Assembly (NCBI GenBank): GCA_973895155.1
Contig: OZ316895.1
Coordinates: 8,420,184 to 8,484,183, forward strand
DNA from: Marsupella aquatica
Lineage: Eukaryota; Plantae; Marchantiophyta
Direction: 5' to 3'
Length of the DNA: 64,000 bases
Shown piece by piece: positions 26,479 through 39,340 of the stretch. The position numbers were made by a program, and so were the translations under genes. The number at the start of each line of letters is the position of its first letter. Position 1 is the first letter of the stretch. The notes beneath the pieces were generated by a model. It did no database searches, was not told the DNA's origin, and saw nothing but the letters and a program-made list of their open reading frames with translations.

Positions 26479-28898
26479 TGGATTTCACACGGTCCTCTAG
26501 CAATAATTGTACCCCCAGAGAGGTCTTGACATCTATTTTCCTTTCGTTTTCGATCTTTGTTTGTGAAAATGTGTGTTGATATTGACTTCCCCTCTCAATT
26601 TGTAAGTAAGCACTTTTCTGTTAATAACTGATGTTTGGCCCGAAGCTGATTTTTCTCATTCGTGTTTCCCTAGCGTTTTGTTTGCCATGAAATACGACGC
26701 TACACTGTTTTGTATCGAGCTTGGTTGATGGATTGGCAAATTGACTTGGCAGATCACCAGCTGGGTGGAGTGAAGGCTGGTCCAGTCAGGATTGTAAAGT
26801 CGTGTACAGTCATGCCTTTCAAAGTTCTCGAGTTTTTTATCAAGAGAAGCTAGGATTAATTTGTTTTTTGGTTTACCTGACCTGACCTGCAGGACTAACG
26901 ACTTCCTTGTCCGATGATGTAACAAAAGAATATGCAAGAATGGTCGTCCCCCTTGCTCTTCTTCGAGTGTCGTCTGTTTTTCTCCATACGTCCGATACAC
27001 CCGTTCCAGAACTGCTCTTCTGAGTTCTTTCTATTTCCCAGACTTTTCCCTTTCCCTATGTGTTGCCATGACCACGGACACCCCTTCGAAAGGACCATCG
27101 CTGATGCGTAGCTATGAGAGCTGAAGACAAGGACTCGTGATTCTGTTCTGTAGCCATTGAGTTGAAGTGAATTATGACATGGTGACATGGGATAGGAGAT
27201 CAACCTCTGACGGCGTTCCACGTTTCTCTTCGTCTGCTTTGCTTCATCGTTTCATCGATCTGTTCTCTATTCCGATTAGGATTGAGGTATATTAAATAAA
27301 CTCAATATGACATTGACGTGGGACAAACCATGGCGCGCACCGGATGATCGTCAGTAGAGCGCAACCATTTCAGAGTTTCCGCGAGGCCTATGCCAAATAC
27401 CCCAAGGAGAGAACCTCACCATTGTTTGACAGGTGTTGGGTCTAGTTCATTAGATCCTGTCAAGCATATTCTGGGCATCACATCGAAGTGTTGCCAGTAG
27501 TTGCAGGTGAATATGATCAGTTATGCCGTACTGCACGCCGCTCGGAAGCTTCAACTGTTGAAACCATACTTTGATTATCAGGACTATCGGCATTGAGGTA
27601 AGTGGAGGAATGCAGACCTTGAGGTTTTTGTTTTCCCTTGCAGTCGAATTTGAAGATCGTCGCAAGTTATGATAGTCTTGTGCATTGAAATGCGAGCATT
27701 TCTGAATTAATTAAGCCAGACGTGGCTGAATGAAGTTAGTTCCTAATCGTATCCATCCTACAGCTTCCCCCGAAGTTCCTGAAGCTGATTAGTTCAATTG
27801 ACTCCTACAGGGAATGCCAACAGAGAGTAGTGGATTGTCTAGGTGTCGTAAGTTACGGTGATAACTGATTTGGTAATGGAAGGATGTTGATGTCACCTTT
27901 TGACTTGCTAAATTATTGCATTCGGATGTTTTCACTGCATAAAGAGAGCATTATCTCAGTCGGATGTTCCTCGATTTCAATATATTAATGGAGTTCGAAA
28001 CATGAACTGTTCATGGCAAGTTTTAATTCACATCACTCGCACTCAAAATTCCGTTTTCATCACTTCCAAGCATCGTCTGTGCCATCTAGCATCAAAGTTT
28101 CAAATTGCATCTTCTGCTTGAGGTGGCCGATCTTCACGAAATCGCTCTCAACCCGGTGCCGACTGAATATTAAATCCTTTATTAGTCTATTATGTACGGG
28201 AATCTACTTAAGGGCAGATCTCTCTGGTTAGTATTGGACTCCGGTTTGAGAGATGTAGTCCGTTTTTCTACAATTCTGTTCGAGTAAACCTTGTCTGTCC
28301 TTCGGGGGACACGGGATGTGACAGAATCGAGCCTCACTTTATGAAGCAGCTCGTTGAGCTGAATGATCTGTCAGAATTGGGCATTACTTTTTGAAGCAAC
28401 TCGTTGAGCGGAATCTAAAAGTTGCCAGGCTTGCTACCGATCAATCATAGCAATAAGCTTAAGTATCGCCCACCTTACTGCGAAACACTTTACTCGAATC
28501 AATCTATCTATCTATCTTCGAATCTATCTATCTGTGTAGGAGACCCAATAAAGGGGGAAAATATCTATATGCATATCAAAACAATCCCAAATGGAGGAGA
28601 CCCAATAGCGAGAGACCCAAGAGAGAGGGGAAGTAAACTACTGAGCAGCCAACTGAAATCTGGTAGAGCTTAGGGGCAAATTCCATATGAGTATCACCAA
28701 AATTACAGCACGATTGTAAACAGTAAGAGATCTCTTTATAACAAACTTGTACATAAATGGAGAGGATGATAAATACAGTAACCATTTCCATCACAGGCTA
28801 AAGATGAGTCACCATAACACTTATTGAGAAGTTACTTAACCAAGAATATATTACTTTCATCACATGCTAAAAATAAGTAACCCCAAAATTCAGAGGAG

Positions 28899-29081
28899 TT
28901 TCTTGAACTTCAAAACTATGTGAATCGTTTCCTTCTCTCACCTACTGTAGTTGATGTCATATAACAGGAACTCTTTTGAATCGAAATGCTTTCTTGAACT
29001 TGAAAACTATGTGAATCGTTTCCTTCTCCACCTACTGTAGTTGATATCATATAACAGGAACTCTTTTGAATCGAAATGCTT
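28899..29081. repeat. ~91-bp tandem duplication
   Basis: tttcttgaactt.aaaactatgtgaatcgtttccttctc...tcttttgaatcgaaatgctt occurs twice. Confidence 0.95.
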
Positions 29082-30709
29082 GTTGATTCGTGGATTTGTT
29101 GATTTATCTAGGTTCACCCACTTTACCGATAACTTTAATGCACTCGCGAGATGTGCAAAACTTGAAGGTTGCGAATATAAAATTCCTTGTGCGTGGATTG
29201 TCTGAATGTCTGGCGTCCGAGCACCGAAATCCCACCGAAGTCCATGCCACCAATCCGGGTAAGCCCCGTCCAACTGTCCAACTTTCTGTCTCTCACACAT
29301 CGAAGGAAACATCTGTCCGCTGTTGCACGTGGTTTAGCTACTTCAGTACTTGCTCTGACCTACTTGTCGACGCCTTGTCTCCTTCACTGACGATTCCTAC
29401 ATTGTAATAACTTGTTTCGTGGTCCTGTTTACGTAGGTCGTTGGTTGGTGGCTACAATCCGTTGAGGTCAACAACACAGTGCTTAGTTACAGTCATGTCT
29501 GATCTACTGTCGAGAAGTCATGTTTGTACAGCAGTCAATTTAGTGTTGGCTAATATTCGCCGTAGCCTTACCTGTCGACAACAGTCGTGTCTAATGTGCT
29601 ATACAGCAGTCATTTTTGTATTGGCTAACTTTCGCCATAGCCTTACCTGTCAACAACACAGCGCTCCCTTACTGACAATGTCTGATGCACTGTCCAGCAG
29701 TTATTTTCGACTTGAAAATTCCTGCTCCAGCTACGGGCAAATGATCCAAAGAAAAATTAGGGAGAAATAAGTCAAATACACCAAATTTTGCCTCCTGCCG
29801 CAGTATGATTCGTCAGATCTTGGAAGAACTGACAGCCTTCCTTGAGATCAGGAAGATCTAATGGATGTCTTAAATGTATGATATCTGGTGGGTCTGACAT
29901 ATTTTCCCTTCTAGACCCTTCAGGCGTTTGCCACTTCGAAGTACCCAAAAAAATTCAATGCTGTACAGAAACGCAGGCCCAGGTTTGCGAAGGTTTGTAT
30001 GGTCAGTTGCTGGATCAGATATAATAATTTACTCAAAGACGCCGAGCTACAGGTCACACATAACTGCACGTGCTCAGTAGTTTTTTTTATGAATCCTCAA
30101 ACTCTTTTAAGTTTATTTTCCACACTGCCAGAACACAAGAGGAGCCCAAACCCGAAGACATGATACCAAAGGGAAAAAAAAAACAATAAAGCAGGGTAAA
30201 CAGAACCACAAACTTACAGCCTTATTGATTGACAAACTGAAAAGCTTGGTAATGCTCCAGTGTAAACTCCATAGGAGGGTCCAAAGGAGAAAGTTGACTA
30301 GAAATCCCAAATCCAACTGCTTCTGCCCATTGACATTCGTATCACATTCCCCATTCAGTTCTCTCTAAGATTTCAAGGAACTTCACCATTTTGATTCAGC
30401 ATTCCCGCGATCATTTACAGCAGTGCAATGGTTCTGGAATGCGAGACAGGACACCCCGCAAGCATTTCCAGTAATGCAACGGTTTGACAGGACAGATCAA
30501 TGGCAGTGATTCTTGTCCCAGGGATAAATTCTTGTCATTGATTGGGAAAACTAAAGAGAATTTCACAGAAAATTATACATTTCCAAATAAATGGAAAGTT
30601 TCTTTTTACTGTCCCAAGTACCCAATCTGTGGACCTCATTCAAAGATCATAGATATATTCCAAGGGCTGCTTTGAAGGGTCATAAAAATGACACTCAAAG
30701 CGAACATGG

Positions 30710-30890
30710 TTGGCTGAGGAAGGAAGACTTGGAAGCCCCATTGATCGTCATGTTCAGGTGATTCCAAATATTGCAAGGGCCAGCGTCATTACAACAACGC
30801 AGATAGTTTATTGGACTGCAAGCAATGGCCTTTCTCTAGCTGCATATCCAGAATTTCGTGACTTTGCTGCTGCACATCTTGCTTCCGCAA
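30710..30890 (+). mobile_element. Possible hAT (ZNF862/ZMYM-type) transposase fragment
   Basis: The translation ARASVITTTQIVYWTASNGLSLAAYPEFRDF resembles the 'YxxAkenlpxxkfpxLxel' helix of ZNF862-like hAT transposases. The match is short and isolated. Confidence 0.35.
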
Positions 30891-31798
30891 AAAGTGCCTG
30901 CCCCCAAAATAAAATTATGGTACATAATTTTACTAACCAGCTTCCAAGAAGAGATTCTTAACTAAGCCACGTCAGATTACGTGGAAGACCTACATCTTGA
31001 ACACTTTCTGCAGCCCTTTTACTATTCGCGTTGGATGAATCCATCGACCGATTGTGCAGTATTTCTACTTTGAAATCGAATTAACTTGTATGATTGGACA
31101 CAGCGAAAATGATGGAGCTAATGTGATAGGTGGTGGTTCTACATCTAGGAGAGGCAATGTGTCTGCCCGACTGTCACAATTGAGATCAAACACATGACCT
31201 CGGAGACCCGAACCAATTTCCAGTCAATTTGGACGTCTTCGAGATATATCTTGGAGATTAGACCCCGAAAGAGACCCCAAAGACATGACAGTCAGAGCCG
31301 TATTTGATTATCGGAAAGAAGGGCAGTGACCATGAAAATATTACCTGTCTATTCTTGCGATGAAGGAGACAGGCACATGACAGAAAATGAGCAATCCTGG
31401 AAGCAAAATCACTATATGCTTCAATCCGTACTCAAGATCAGAAGATTTTTCTTCGTTAAGTGATGAGAGTCCTGACATGAATAACTCAATGTCTAAGACT
31501 GGCAATTATGGGACTCTTCAAAGGAGTCGTTCAGTTACAGCACATATTTACAAAGATGTTAAAATTGAGCATAGAACAGCCACTTTATCTTGAACACCTA
31601 AAACCTGTAATCCATGGCATCTAAGTACCCAAGAGACGCAAAGGGCAATTAAATGAGATGGACAGGGTAATCTCAAGCTAAGTTCAAAGGACTTCATACG
31701 ACAGGCCTGATGATATAACTCAATTCCGATGTACGAGACATTTTGTCAATACCAGAAGGATTGCGAGGTTGATGGGGACACGAATCTTTGTTGTATTC

Positions 31799-34700
31799 TC
31801 ATATTTCTTCATCTTCAAAGGGATCCCGCTCCGGATAGTCTCCAACCTGAAAAAATGTTCAAATTAAGGAAAATTTTATTCAAAAGGTTACCCGACAACA
31901 ATTGTAGAATTGGACCAGAGTTCTATATTTGAGTTTATACTCGGAATGCAGAGCAATATCATCAAGTATAGCAGAGAGGAGTTGAATTAGAATGCCACTG
32001 GCAATTAGTTTGGTAAGAAAGAAGCCTCGTTACCCCCGATAACTACGCAACATTTTCCAATCAAAATGGTACAACCAACTGGTTCATGCGTAAACATCCA
32101 ACCTTTAGTCTATCTGGCCGTAGCATAGAACCAAATGGTGAACGACAGGTAAAGTATCTCTTCCCTTTCACCCTGCAAAAGGCCATTATTCAGTATGAAT
32201 GAAAGGATTCGCAGAGGTGGCTACAGCAAGAATAGTCATGAACTGCTTGCTATGATTACCCACTGAAAGTCTGATGTCCACCAAGAGAAAATTGACTAAG
32301 TCATCTTCAACCTTACACAGGACCTGACCAATCTCTCCTGTTACTTTGATTTTACATCCTTGTCATGTTCTTCGAATGCTTTCAAATATCAACATACAGT
32401 ATATTCCTTTGACCTTCGTAGCTAACCAATAGAGAATCAAAAACTTCTTAACCACAGAAGGGAGTTTGAAGATCATACAGGCCATCATGCTTTCCAACTG
32501 GTTCATCATATTGGACCCCAACCCAAAACCCAGGGTTTAAAGTCTCTGCCCTTCCAACGAACTTCACTACACCTCGCTTGCCTCCTGGATCGACCTCACA
32601 TCTGTTTCCAACCTGCACAAGATACAATACACACTTCTAACATCACCAAGATAGCAGAACACTCTCCAATTGATAGACATGGGCAGTGCATTTAGCATTA
32701 ACGAGCAAATGAACACACAAGGCAAATTATCAGGGAGCAATAACATGCAATCTGACCCACAAACTATCATCGTGAGTCGGAGTTATTGGTAAGATAGCTC
32801 TTGCTTTGGTTCAACGGTTGGAAAGGATTGAAATTGTCTCGTACTTGTATCCCTAATGCTACATCTTCCATGTAGCTATCGTCCATTGGTTGGACCTGCA
32901 AGACAGACATCATAGAAAATCGTCAAACAACCAGAAAGATCCTTTTACTGACTCCTGGAAGCAAATGGTCTGGTCATACTCAAAGTCGTGCTCTTTCCTA
33001 AAACTCATACCATAAAAGTACCTAAACGGTGTAAAGGAATATGAGGCGTGCTTCAGTCAGGACTCGCAAGACCAACATGAATGGACTTTGACTGACCTCT
33101 GGGACAGGCACCCCTTTCCTTGAAGCCATTTCCTGTACAAGACAAACATAAGAACAGATACATGGAATCAAAATAGGCTTGAGAGCCTGAATTCCCGATA
33201 TTACAAGAATCAAATGTCAACATACATCTGAACTGAGAAAAGGAAAGCAGTAGTTTGGGCTAGGATTCATAACCTCGTCCAAAACCACGCCGAAAAAGGA
33301 AGCTAAATAGTAATCCTATCTTCGCTTCGCTTTTTCATTGGCGACCACTCATTATACAGAAGATTTATCATTATTAGTAAAGTTTTGAGAGATTATGAAT
33401 TGTTATATCTAGCTTCCCTGGTCCCGTCTTTCCTGATAAGTCAAGGTTATTTTCAGCAGAATTGACACAGGCCACGACTCTTGCAGGATGGGAACACAAG
33501 TTAGTGGGATACCTTTTGGAGAGTCCATGTCGGATCTTCTGCGAGTCGCTTTTCTTTGAATTTTCTGTATGTGTCTGAAAGCACGAAAGTAACAATTCTC
33601 ACTTGCATTAAAGGAACAGCTAGTGCAGGACTGTGGAAGTAAAGTGGTCTTATTGTATTAGACCTAGGCAACTAATCAATCACTGACACCTCGCCCAGAA
33701 AATCACGAATGTCTCCGACTCGCGCTTCCTGCCATTCAATAAAAAAAATGGACACGCATTCGTTCCGCAGTTGGGGAACGCACCATCTCGCTTATTGTAC
33801 GCATCATCCGAAATAGTATACTTCTCAATCAGTGAAGTATCTTCCAGCCAGCCTCCTGCTGCAAGTGACCCTGGGTCAAGGTCTACAATGTGAATGCAGT
33901 ACCTGTGAACCACTTACCCAATGGCACAACAGTGGTGAGCCAGACTGGCTATCAAAATCTCCTCTCAAACAGCAGGCGAACACATATCACTCGAGACTGT
34001 CAGTCCTTTCCAATGAACATAAGTGACGGGTATGGCAGCAGAAAGATAGGGTTTAGAAATTTGAATTAATAAGCTGAAATTTGTAGCTCAGATTAACGAG
34101 ATCAAAATAATTAGTCACAGCACCCTGAAAATCTGTCTCCAACCAGCCCCAAGCTGGATTTTAGGTAAACGTAGGAAGCCGAGAAATTCAACGGGCTGAT
34201 CTATGCCAGTCAGGGATGGAATGCGTAATTATCCACACGAAAGGAAGGAAATCAGAGGGCGTTGAGCTAAGTACCTACCCATCAAATGGAGAGTAATATC
34301 CCAATGGTCGAGCATCTTCCACAAGATCATAAAGCTTTGTATTTTCGTCATCTAATAGCTGCAGGTGCATTGACTCAACTGCCGTCCCGGTGTGCGTCCG
34401 CAGACGCTCCTTCACATTCCCGATCGTTGTCTGCCAGACACATCGTCTTTATCAGATTAGTCCCACAATTCAGATATGGCTGTCAAAACTTCGACAAGAA
34501 ACTCGCAAGGATCCGATCAGCGCTTCCTAGTTCTTCGAGAACAGAGTATGAATGTGTTTAATAAGTATATCATTCCACTGTTTCATGGATAATATCCACT
34601 AATATAAATGTCAGTAAGAATTCGTTCCTCATTAGCATCCTCTCCTCCAGCTCTCACCCAAGCCTTCGAACAGGGGCACATTATTCAAGAAACTCTTATC

Positions 34701-34981
34701 GCAGATGGCGTCCAGAGAAGCTACTCGTCCGGGATTGCTTAAGCTATCCGGGTTTCCCACGTAGAACCGTACACCACTAAACAACTTGACCAGCAGCGAG
34801 GAGAAAACAGAGAGGTGGTGATAAGGTGGAAAGCAGAACTTACGTGCAGATCGAAGCGCAGTTCATGAAATCTTGCTTTCAGGTTTGAATGAGTGACTTG
34901 CAAGAGGACCGTGTCCTCCGCTTGGTTCTGTGAAGACGGGCCTCTGACATAGTTCTTCAGAGACTCTAAGGCGACCGACAT
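31799..34981 (-). CDS. TBCB: Tubulin-folding cofactor B (Ubl + CAP-Gly); 9 exons: 34981-34844, 34430-34279, 33902-33784, 33574-33513, 33132-33097, 32895-32845, 32612-32479, 32172-32103, 31846-31799 (269 aa)
   Basis: N-terminal [11 protein letters not shown]...ELRF and [19 protein letters not shown]; [24 protein letters not shown]; CAP-Gly [20 protein letters not shown]...[27 protein letters not shown]; C-terminus [15 protein letters not shown]. All introns are GT-AG with consistent phase. Confidence 0.95.
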
Positions 34982-35450
34982 TGTCTCCGGAACAGAAAGG
35001 AACAGGCCGGCGGGGAAAGGCAGGAGCAAAGGGATGTACACAGAGAGACACGACGATGGACGAGTCTGGGTCCCGAAATGTCAGTCCACCACCGAAAGCA
35101 CAATCTGGCGAAGTACACAAATCCCGATCCGTTTCAGACCGAAAAGATGATCATTCTGTGAATCTGATTATCGCTCTGAACTGAAGAATGATCTAATTCG
35201 ACAGATCTCTTCACGGAATAGAGTATACTACTGAACCCCAATACAAATACGGGAGGCAGCGACAGCAAAACAAGGTGGGATGAAAGACCTTCACTACTAC
35301 AGGATCGATGATCGATGATAGATGATAGATGATCGATGGGTTTACGATGCTAGAGGAGACGGCAGAATTTTGAATGTCGCGCAGACCGAAAAGCTGAGCT
35401 CTGTAGCGAAAGGAAAACACACAGTGGTGCTCAGAAGGCGGGAGAAGGAT

Positions 35451-36220
35451 CGTGCCCTCTGCATAAGTGCACGCAATACGGTGCCCTCTGCATAAGTGCA
35501 CGCAATACAAGTGCCTTCCCTCGTTAAGTGCACCACTTGACTACCTAAGCATAGTGCAATCACTTGATTAGTGCCCTACTTACTGTGACTAGCATAGGCG
35601 CACCCCAAACAAGGGCGATCCCTCGTTTAGTGCACTTCTTGCACTGACTTCTGCATAGTGCAATCCCTCACTACTTTGCCATCACCTTGTACAGGTGCAC
35701 CCATACAGGTGCAATGCCTAGATTAGTGCACTACTTACTGTCACAGCATAGGTGCACCAAGTCCAAGTGCACTACTTACTATGACAGCATGGGTTCACCC
35801 AGTCCAAGTGCAATCCTTAGTTTAGTGCACTACTTACTGTGACAGCATAGGTGCACCCCATACAAGGGCAATCGCTTGTTCAGTGCACTGCTTGCACTGA
35901 CCTCTGCATAAATGCATTTCCTCATTTAGTGCACTACGTGCAGTGACCTGTGCATATGTGCACCCATACAAGTGCAATCCCTTGTTTAGTGCACCACTTA
36001 CTGTGACAGCACAGGTGCACCCCATGCAAGGGCAATCCCTTGTTTAGTGCACTTCTTGCACTGACCTCTGCACAAGATCATTCAGTGACCTGTGGGATAG
36101 GTGCACCCATACAAGTGCAATTACTCTTTGAGTGCACTGCTTGCAGTACCTCTGCTGAAATTGCAATCTCTTGTTTAGTGCATGACTTATCATGACCTCT
36201 ACATAAGTGCACCATAAGTG
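35451..36220. repeat. GTGCAC-rich minisatellite (~55-bp degenerate unit, more than 10 copies) between the TBCB promoter and the CRTISO 3' end
   Basis: Recurrent ttagtgcactacttactgtgacagcataggtgcacccatacaag(t/g)gcaatcc unit, ending at a G-run (36224-36241). Confidence 0.9.
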
Positions 36221-36573
36221 CGAGGGGGGGGGGGGGGGGGGCCGAGGAGGTACCAGCAATCAGAGGCTGAAAATCTAAGCGAGTTTTCAAGTATCAATTT
36301 CATCTCATTAGTCCACCATAGTGGCTCATCAGTTCACCATTGGGGGGGGGGGACTCAATATGTATAGGGTAATGGGTTACTACCATTGGGGGGAGCCTCA
36401 TTATGTATAGGGTTAAGCCTCATTATGTATAAGGTTATGTGTAGGGTAATGACGATTTGGTCTGGGGTCTGTTAGAAAGTGTTAGAAATGTTCACAGGCT
36501 GCAACCAGGAAGTTTTTCTGTTCACAGGCTGCAACCAGGAAGTTTTTCTGAGCTTTGTGGGAACACATTTCAA

Positions 36574-36827
36574 CACCCCAGCCCAAACATACTTATTACC
36601 TGTCCTGAAAAAAATATTACTGGGTAAGGCAGGGTTATGGAAATGGTAGCACCTACAGTAATAGAAAAGGTTAGAAGTAAAGAATTACATAAATTTGAGC
36701 ACCCCAGCCCAAACATAGTTAATACCTGTCCTGAAAAAAAAATATTACTGGGTAAGGCAGGGTTATGGAAATGGTAGCACCTACAGTAATAGAAATGGTT
36801 AGAAGTAAAGAATTACATAAATTTGAG
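36574..36827. repeat. Near-perfect 126-bp tandem duplication (with a 30-bp duplication at ~36489-36549) just downstream of the CRTISO stop
   Basis: caccccagcccaaacata...aattacataaatttgag occurs at 36574 and 36700. Confidence 0.95.
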
Positions 36828-36906
36828 GGATCTACGTTAAACAAGTAAAGCACCAAAGAAAAGGAGCTTTCAGTTCCAAGCGTTCAGCAAGATGTTGTTT
36901 CAATAA

Positions 36907-38769
36907 TTAAGCCAATGTTCGGAACCAAGCAAGAAGCTTGCCGAGTCCCCGATCGAGTATGGCATTCCGCCTTTCCAGACCAAGGTCTGCCGCTACTCTA
37001 TGGGCGCACATGACGCCGGAGAAAGCCACAGCAATCACACCCTGTCCGGGGAAGCAGCTGTCCCCCACACAATACAAGCCGTCCACAGCCGTGGTGTTGA
37101 AAGGCATGGCGAGCAATCCTCTCGGCCTCCCTTTCGGTATCGGCCCGTAGGTGCCATCCTCTCTCGCGAGATACCTCCTGTGCGTCTTCGGCGAACCCGC
37201 CTCTCGAAATGTCGTGGCGTTCCTCAATCCCGGAAACAATTCCTTCTCGAGTCTCTCGACAATTGTATCCGCTGCTGCCTCCTTCTTTGCCTTGTAATCG
37301 TCCCGTGATAATCCCTCCCAGTCGTCGATCCAGGCCGTGGTGAAAATGTGCAGAATGTGGTGACCGGGTGGCGCTAATGATGGGTCCAGGAGAGTAGGGA
37401 TGCTCAGAAAAATCACTTCGTAGGGGTCTTGGAGCTTCGACCAACTCGTCTCCAGAAGGAAGTGGTGGCAATCTGTCCCTTCAGGTAAGACATCTGCTCT
37501 CACTCCCATGTGGATGGAGAAGAACGACGGGGACTTCTTGTAGTGTTTCTGGAACAGGCGCTCTTCTTCGGGCATCTGAGAGGGACTGAGCAAACTCTCG
37601 AATGTGTCCCATCTCGTCGCATTGGATATTATTTTCTTTGCCAGTAACTGTCTGCCGTTTGCGAGTTGCACCCCGACTGCCTTTCCGTCGTCTGAAAGGA
37701 CGATAGATTTGACATTTGCTCTGTACATAATCTCACCACCGTGTTCCTCAAACCCTTCGGCAAGCTGCTGTGCAATGGCTCCAACGCCTCCCACGGGGTA
37801 GTTGATGCCTCCGAAATGCCTGTCACACACCACCATTGCGCAATTGATCATAGGAGTGAACGATGCGTCGACTGTGCTCACAATGAAGCACTCAGCATCG
37901 ATGTAAGAAAGAAGCTCAGGGTCCTTTATGTGCTTTCGGGCAATGTCCCCCGCATTTTGGGGCAGATAGTAAGCTAATGTCAGGCATGCAATGGGATTCT
38001 TGAAGAACTGCCCTAAAAGATACAGAGGCTCCTCCAGAGACTTCAGCTCGAGTGAATTGAGTGCATTGAAGACCCTCCAGCATTCACCAAAAAATCCGTC
38101 GATTCCTGGCTTTTCATGAGGGAAACGCTTGTGCAATTCATTGATGAAATGTTCGTACTCCCGGTGCACCTTCACTGAGAGGCCATCCGGCAAGTGATAG
38201 TGAACTGTTACTGGATCTGGTATAAGCTCCATCTTCTTGCCGACCGCGGCTAAAGCTCGCGTGACCAGATTTATGTTTCCCTTGTCACTGAAGCCGAACA
38301 TCACGGACGAGCCGACATCGAATGTGTACCCATTGCGCTTGAAGTAACCGGAGCTGCCACCGGGAATAACGTACTTCTCCAGCAACAGCACCTTCGCATT
38401 TCGGATTGCAAGCTGTGTGGCAGCAACGAGGCCGCCCATGCCTGCCCCTATGATAATTGCATCGTACTCATTCTCGTCATTCGTTCCCGTCGTCGCCAAC
38501 TCTGCTGCACTGTCGACCGCCACAGCCGCTCTCGCTCTGCCTGTTACTCTCCCCTGTTGCCCCTGTTGCCGCTGCTGCCTTTCTGTCTTGACCGCCTCCA
38601 ATTCTCTCCAGCTGCTGCTGCTACTACTCAATTCCTTCGTTGATGATAATTGCCGGAACGAACGAGTCCGGAGACCGAAGACATTTGGGATGGGATTCGA
38701 CTGAGGGTTTCGGACTGGAGCCAAGGGAAGCAACGTGGTTGTGGACAGTCCCGTCGTGAACACAGCCAT
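36907..38769 (-). CDS. CRTISO: Prolycopene (carotenoid) isomerase, chloroplastic; single uninterrupted 620-aa ORF
   Basis: [23 protein letters not shown] motif, [45 protein letters not shown], and the C-terminal [34 protein letters not shown]...LLAWFRTLA match plant CRTISO. Transit-peptide-like N-terminus. Confidence 0.97.
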   Translation of the reverse strand: MAVFTTGLSTTTLLPLAPVRNPQSNPIPNVFGLRTRSFRQLSSTKELSSSSSSWRELEAVKTERQQRQQGQQGRVTGRARAAVAVDSAAELATTGTNDENEYDAIIIGAGMGGLVAATQLAIRNAKVLLLEKYVIPGGSSGYFKRNGYTFDVGSSVMFGFSDKGNINLVTRALAAVGKKMELIPDPVTVHYHLPDGLSVKVHREYEHFINELHKRFPHEKPGIDGFFGECWRVFNALNSLELKSLEEPLYLLGQFFKNPIACLTLAYYLPQNAGDIARKHIKDPELLSYIDAECFIVSTVDASFTPMINCAMVVCDRHFGGINYPVGGVGAIAQQLAEGFEEHGGEIMYRANVKSIVLSDDGKAVGVQLANGRQLLAKKIISNATRWDTFESLLSPSQMPEEERLFQKHYKKSPSFFSIHMGVRADVLPEGTDCHHFLLETSWSKLQDPYEVIFLSIPTLLDPSLAPPGHHILHIFTTAWIDDWEGLSRDDYKAKKEAAADTIVERLEKELFPGLRNATTFREAGSPKTHRRYLAREDGTYGPIPKGRPRGLLAMPFNTTAVDGLYCVGDSCFPGQGVIAVAFSGVMCAHRVAADLGLERRNAILDRGLGKLLAWFRTLA

Positions 38770-39340
38770 GGCAACGATCCGCTCCTCCTACTTCTCCTCG
38801 TCCTGCTGCTTCTGTGATAAGGGATTCAAGTGGGTTTTCAACAGCTGCATCGGTCTGTCGAACTCTCTTCCTAGCTCACAAATCGTTACCCGGTGCCATT
38901 GCTTTCTGTAATGAGCGATTCAAGTGGGTTTTAAACAGCTGCATCGGTCTGTCGAACTCTCTTCCTAGCTCACAAATCGCTTCCCGGCGCCATTGCTTTC
39001 TGTAATGAGCAATTCAAGTGTGTTGTCAACAGCGGCATCGGTCTATCGAACTCTCTTCCTAGCTCAACAATCGTTGTGGACAGTCCCGTCGTGAACATAG
39101 CCATGGCAACGATCCGCTCCTCCTACAGTACTTCTCCTCGTCCGGCTGCTTCTATAAAAAGCGATTCAAGTGGGTTTTCAACAGCTGCGTCGGTCAATCA
39201 AACTCTCTTCCTAGCTCACAAATCGTTACAGGGCGCCAACGATTTCTGCAATGAGCGATTCAAGTGGGTTTTCAACAGCGGCATCGGCATCCATCTATCG
39301 AACTCTCTACCTAGCTCAACAATCGTTCCCCGTGCCATCG
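38738..39340. repeat. Nested tandem duplication: 2 copies of the CRTISO start segment plus 5 copies of a ~94-bp unit
   Basis: gttgtggacagtcccgtcgtgaaca.agccatggcaacgatccgctcctcctac occurs at 38738 and 39073. .attcaagtg.gtt.t.aacagc units start at 38823, 38917, 39011, 39163 and 39257. Confidence 0.95.
38970..39104 (-). promoter_or_regulatory. Upstream ORF (44 aa, [18 protein letters not shown]...) formed from a duplicated copy of the CRTISO start region
   Basis: The ATG at 39104 lies in a near-identical copy of the CRTISO start context, 335 bp upstream and out of frame with the CDS. TGA stop at 38972-38970. Confidence 0.6.

Noticed and set aside
36938-38704. Several ORFs overlapping CRTISO on both strands
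   Set aside because: These are shadow ORFs of a GC-richer coding region with no independent evidence.
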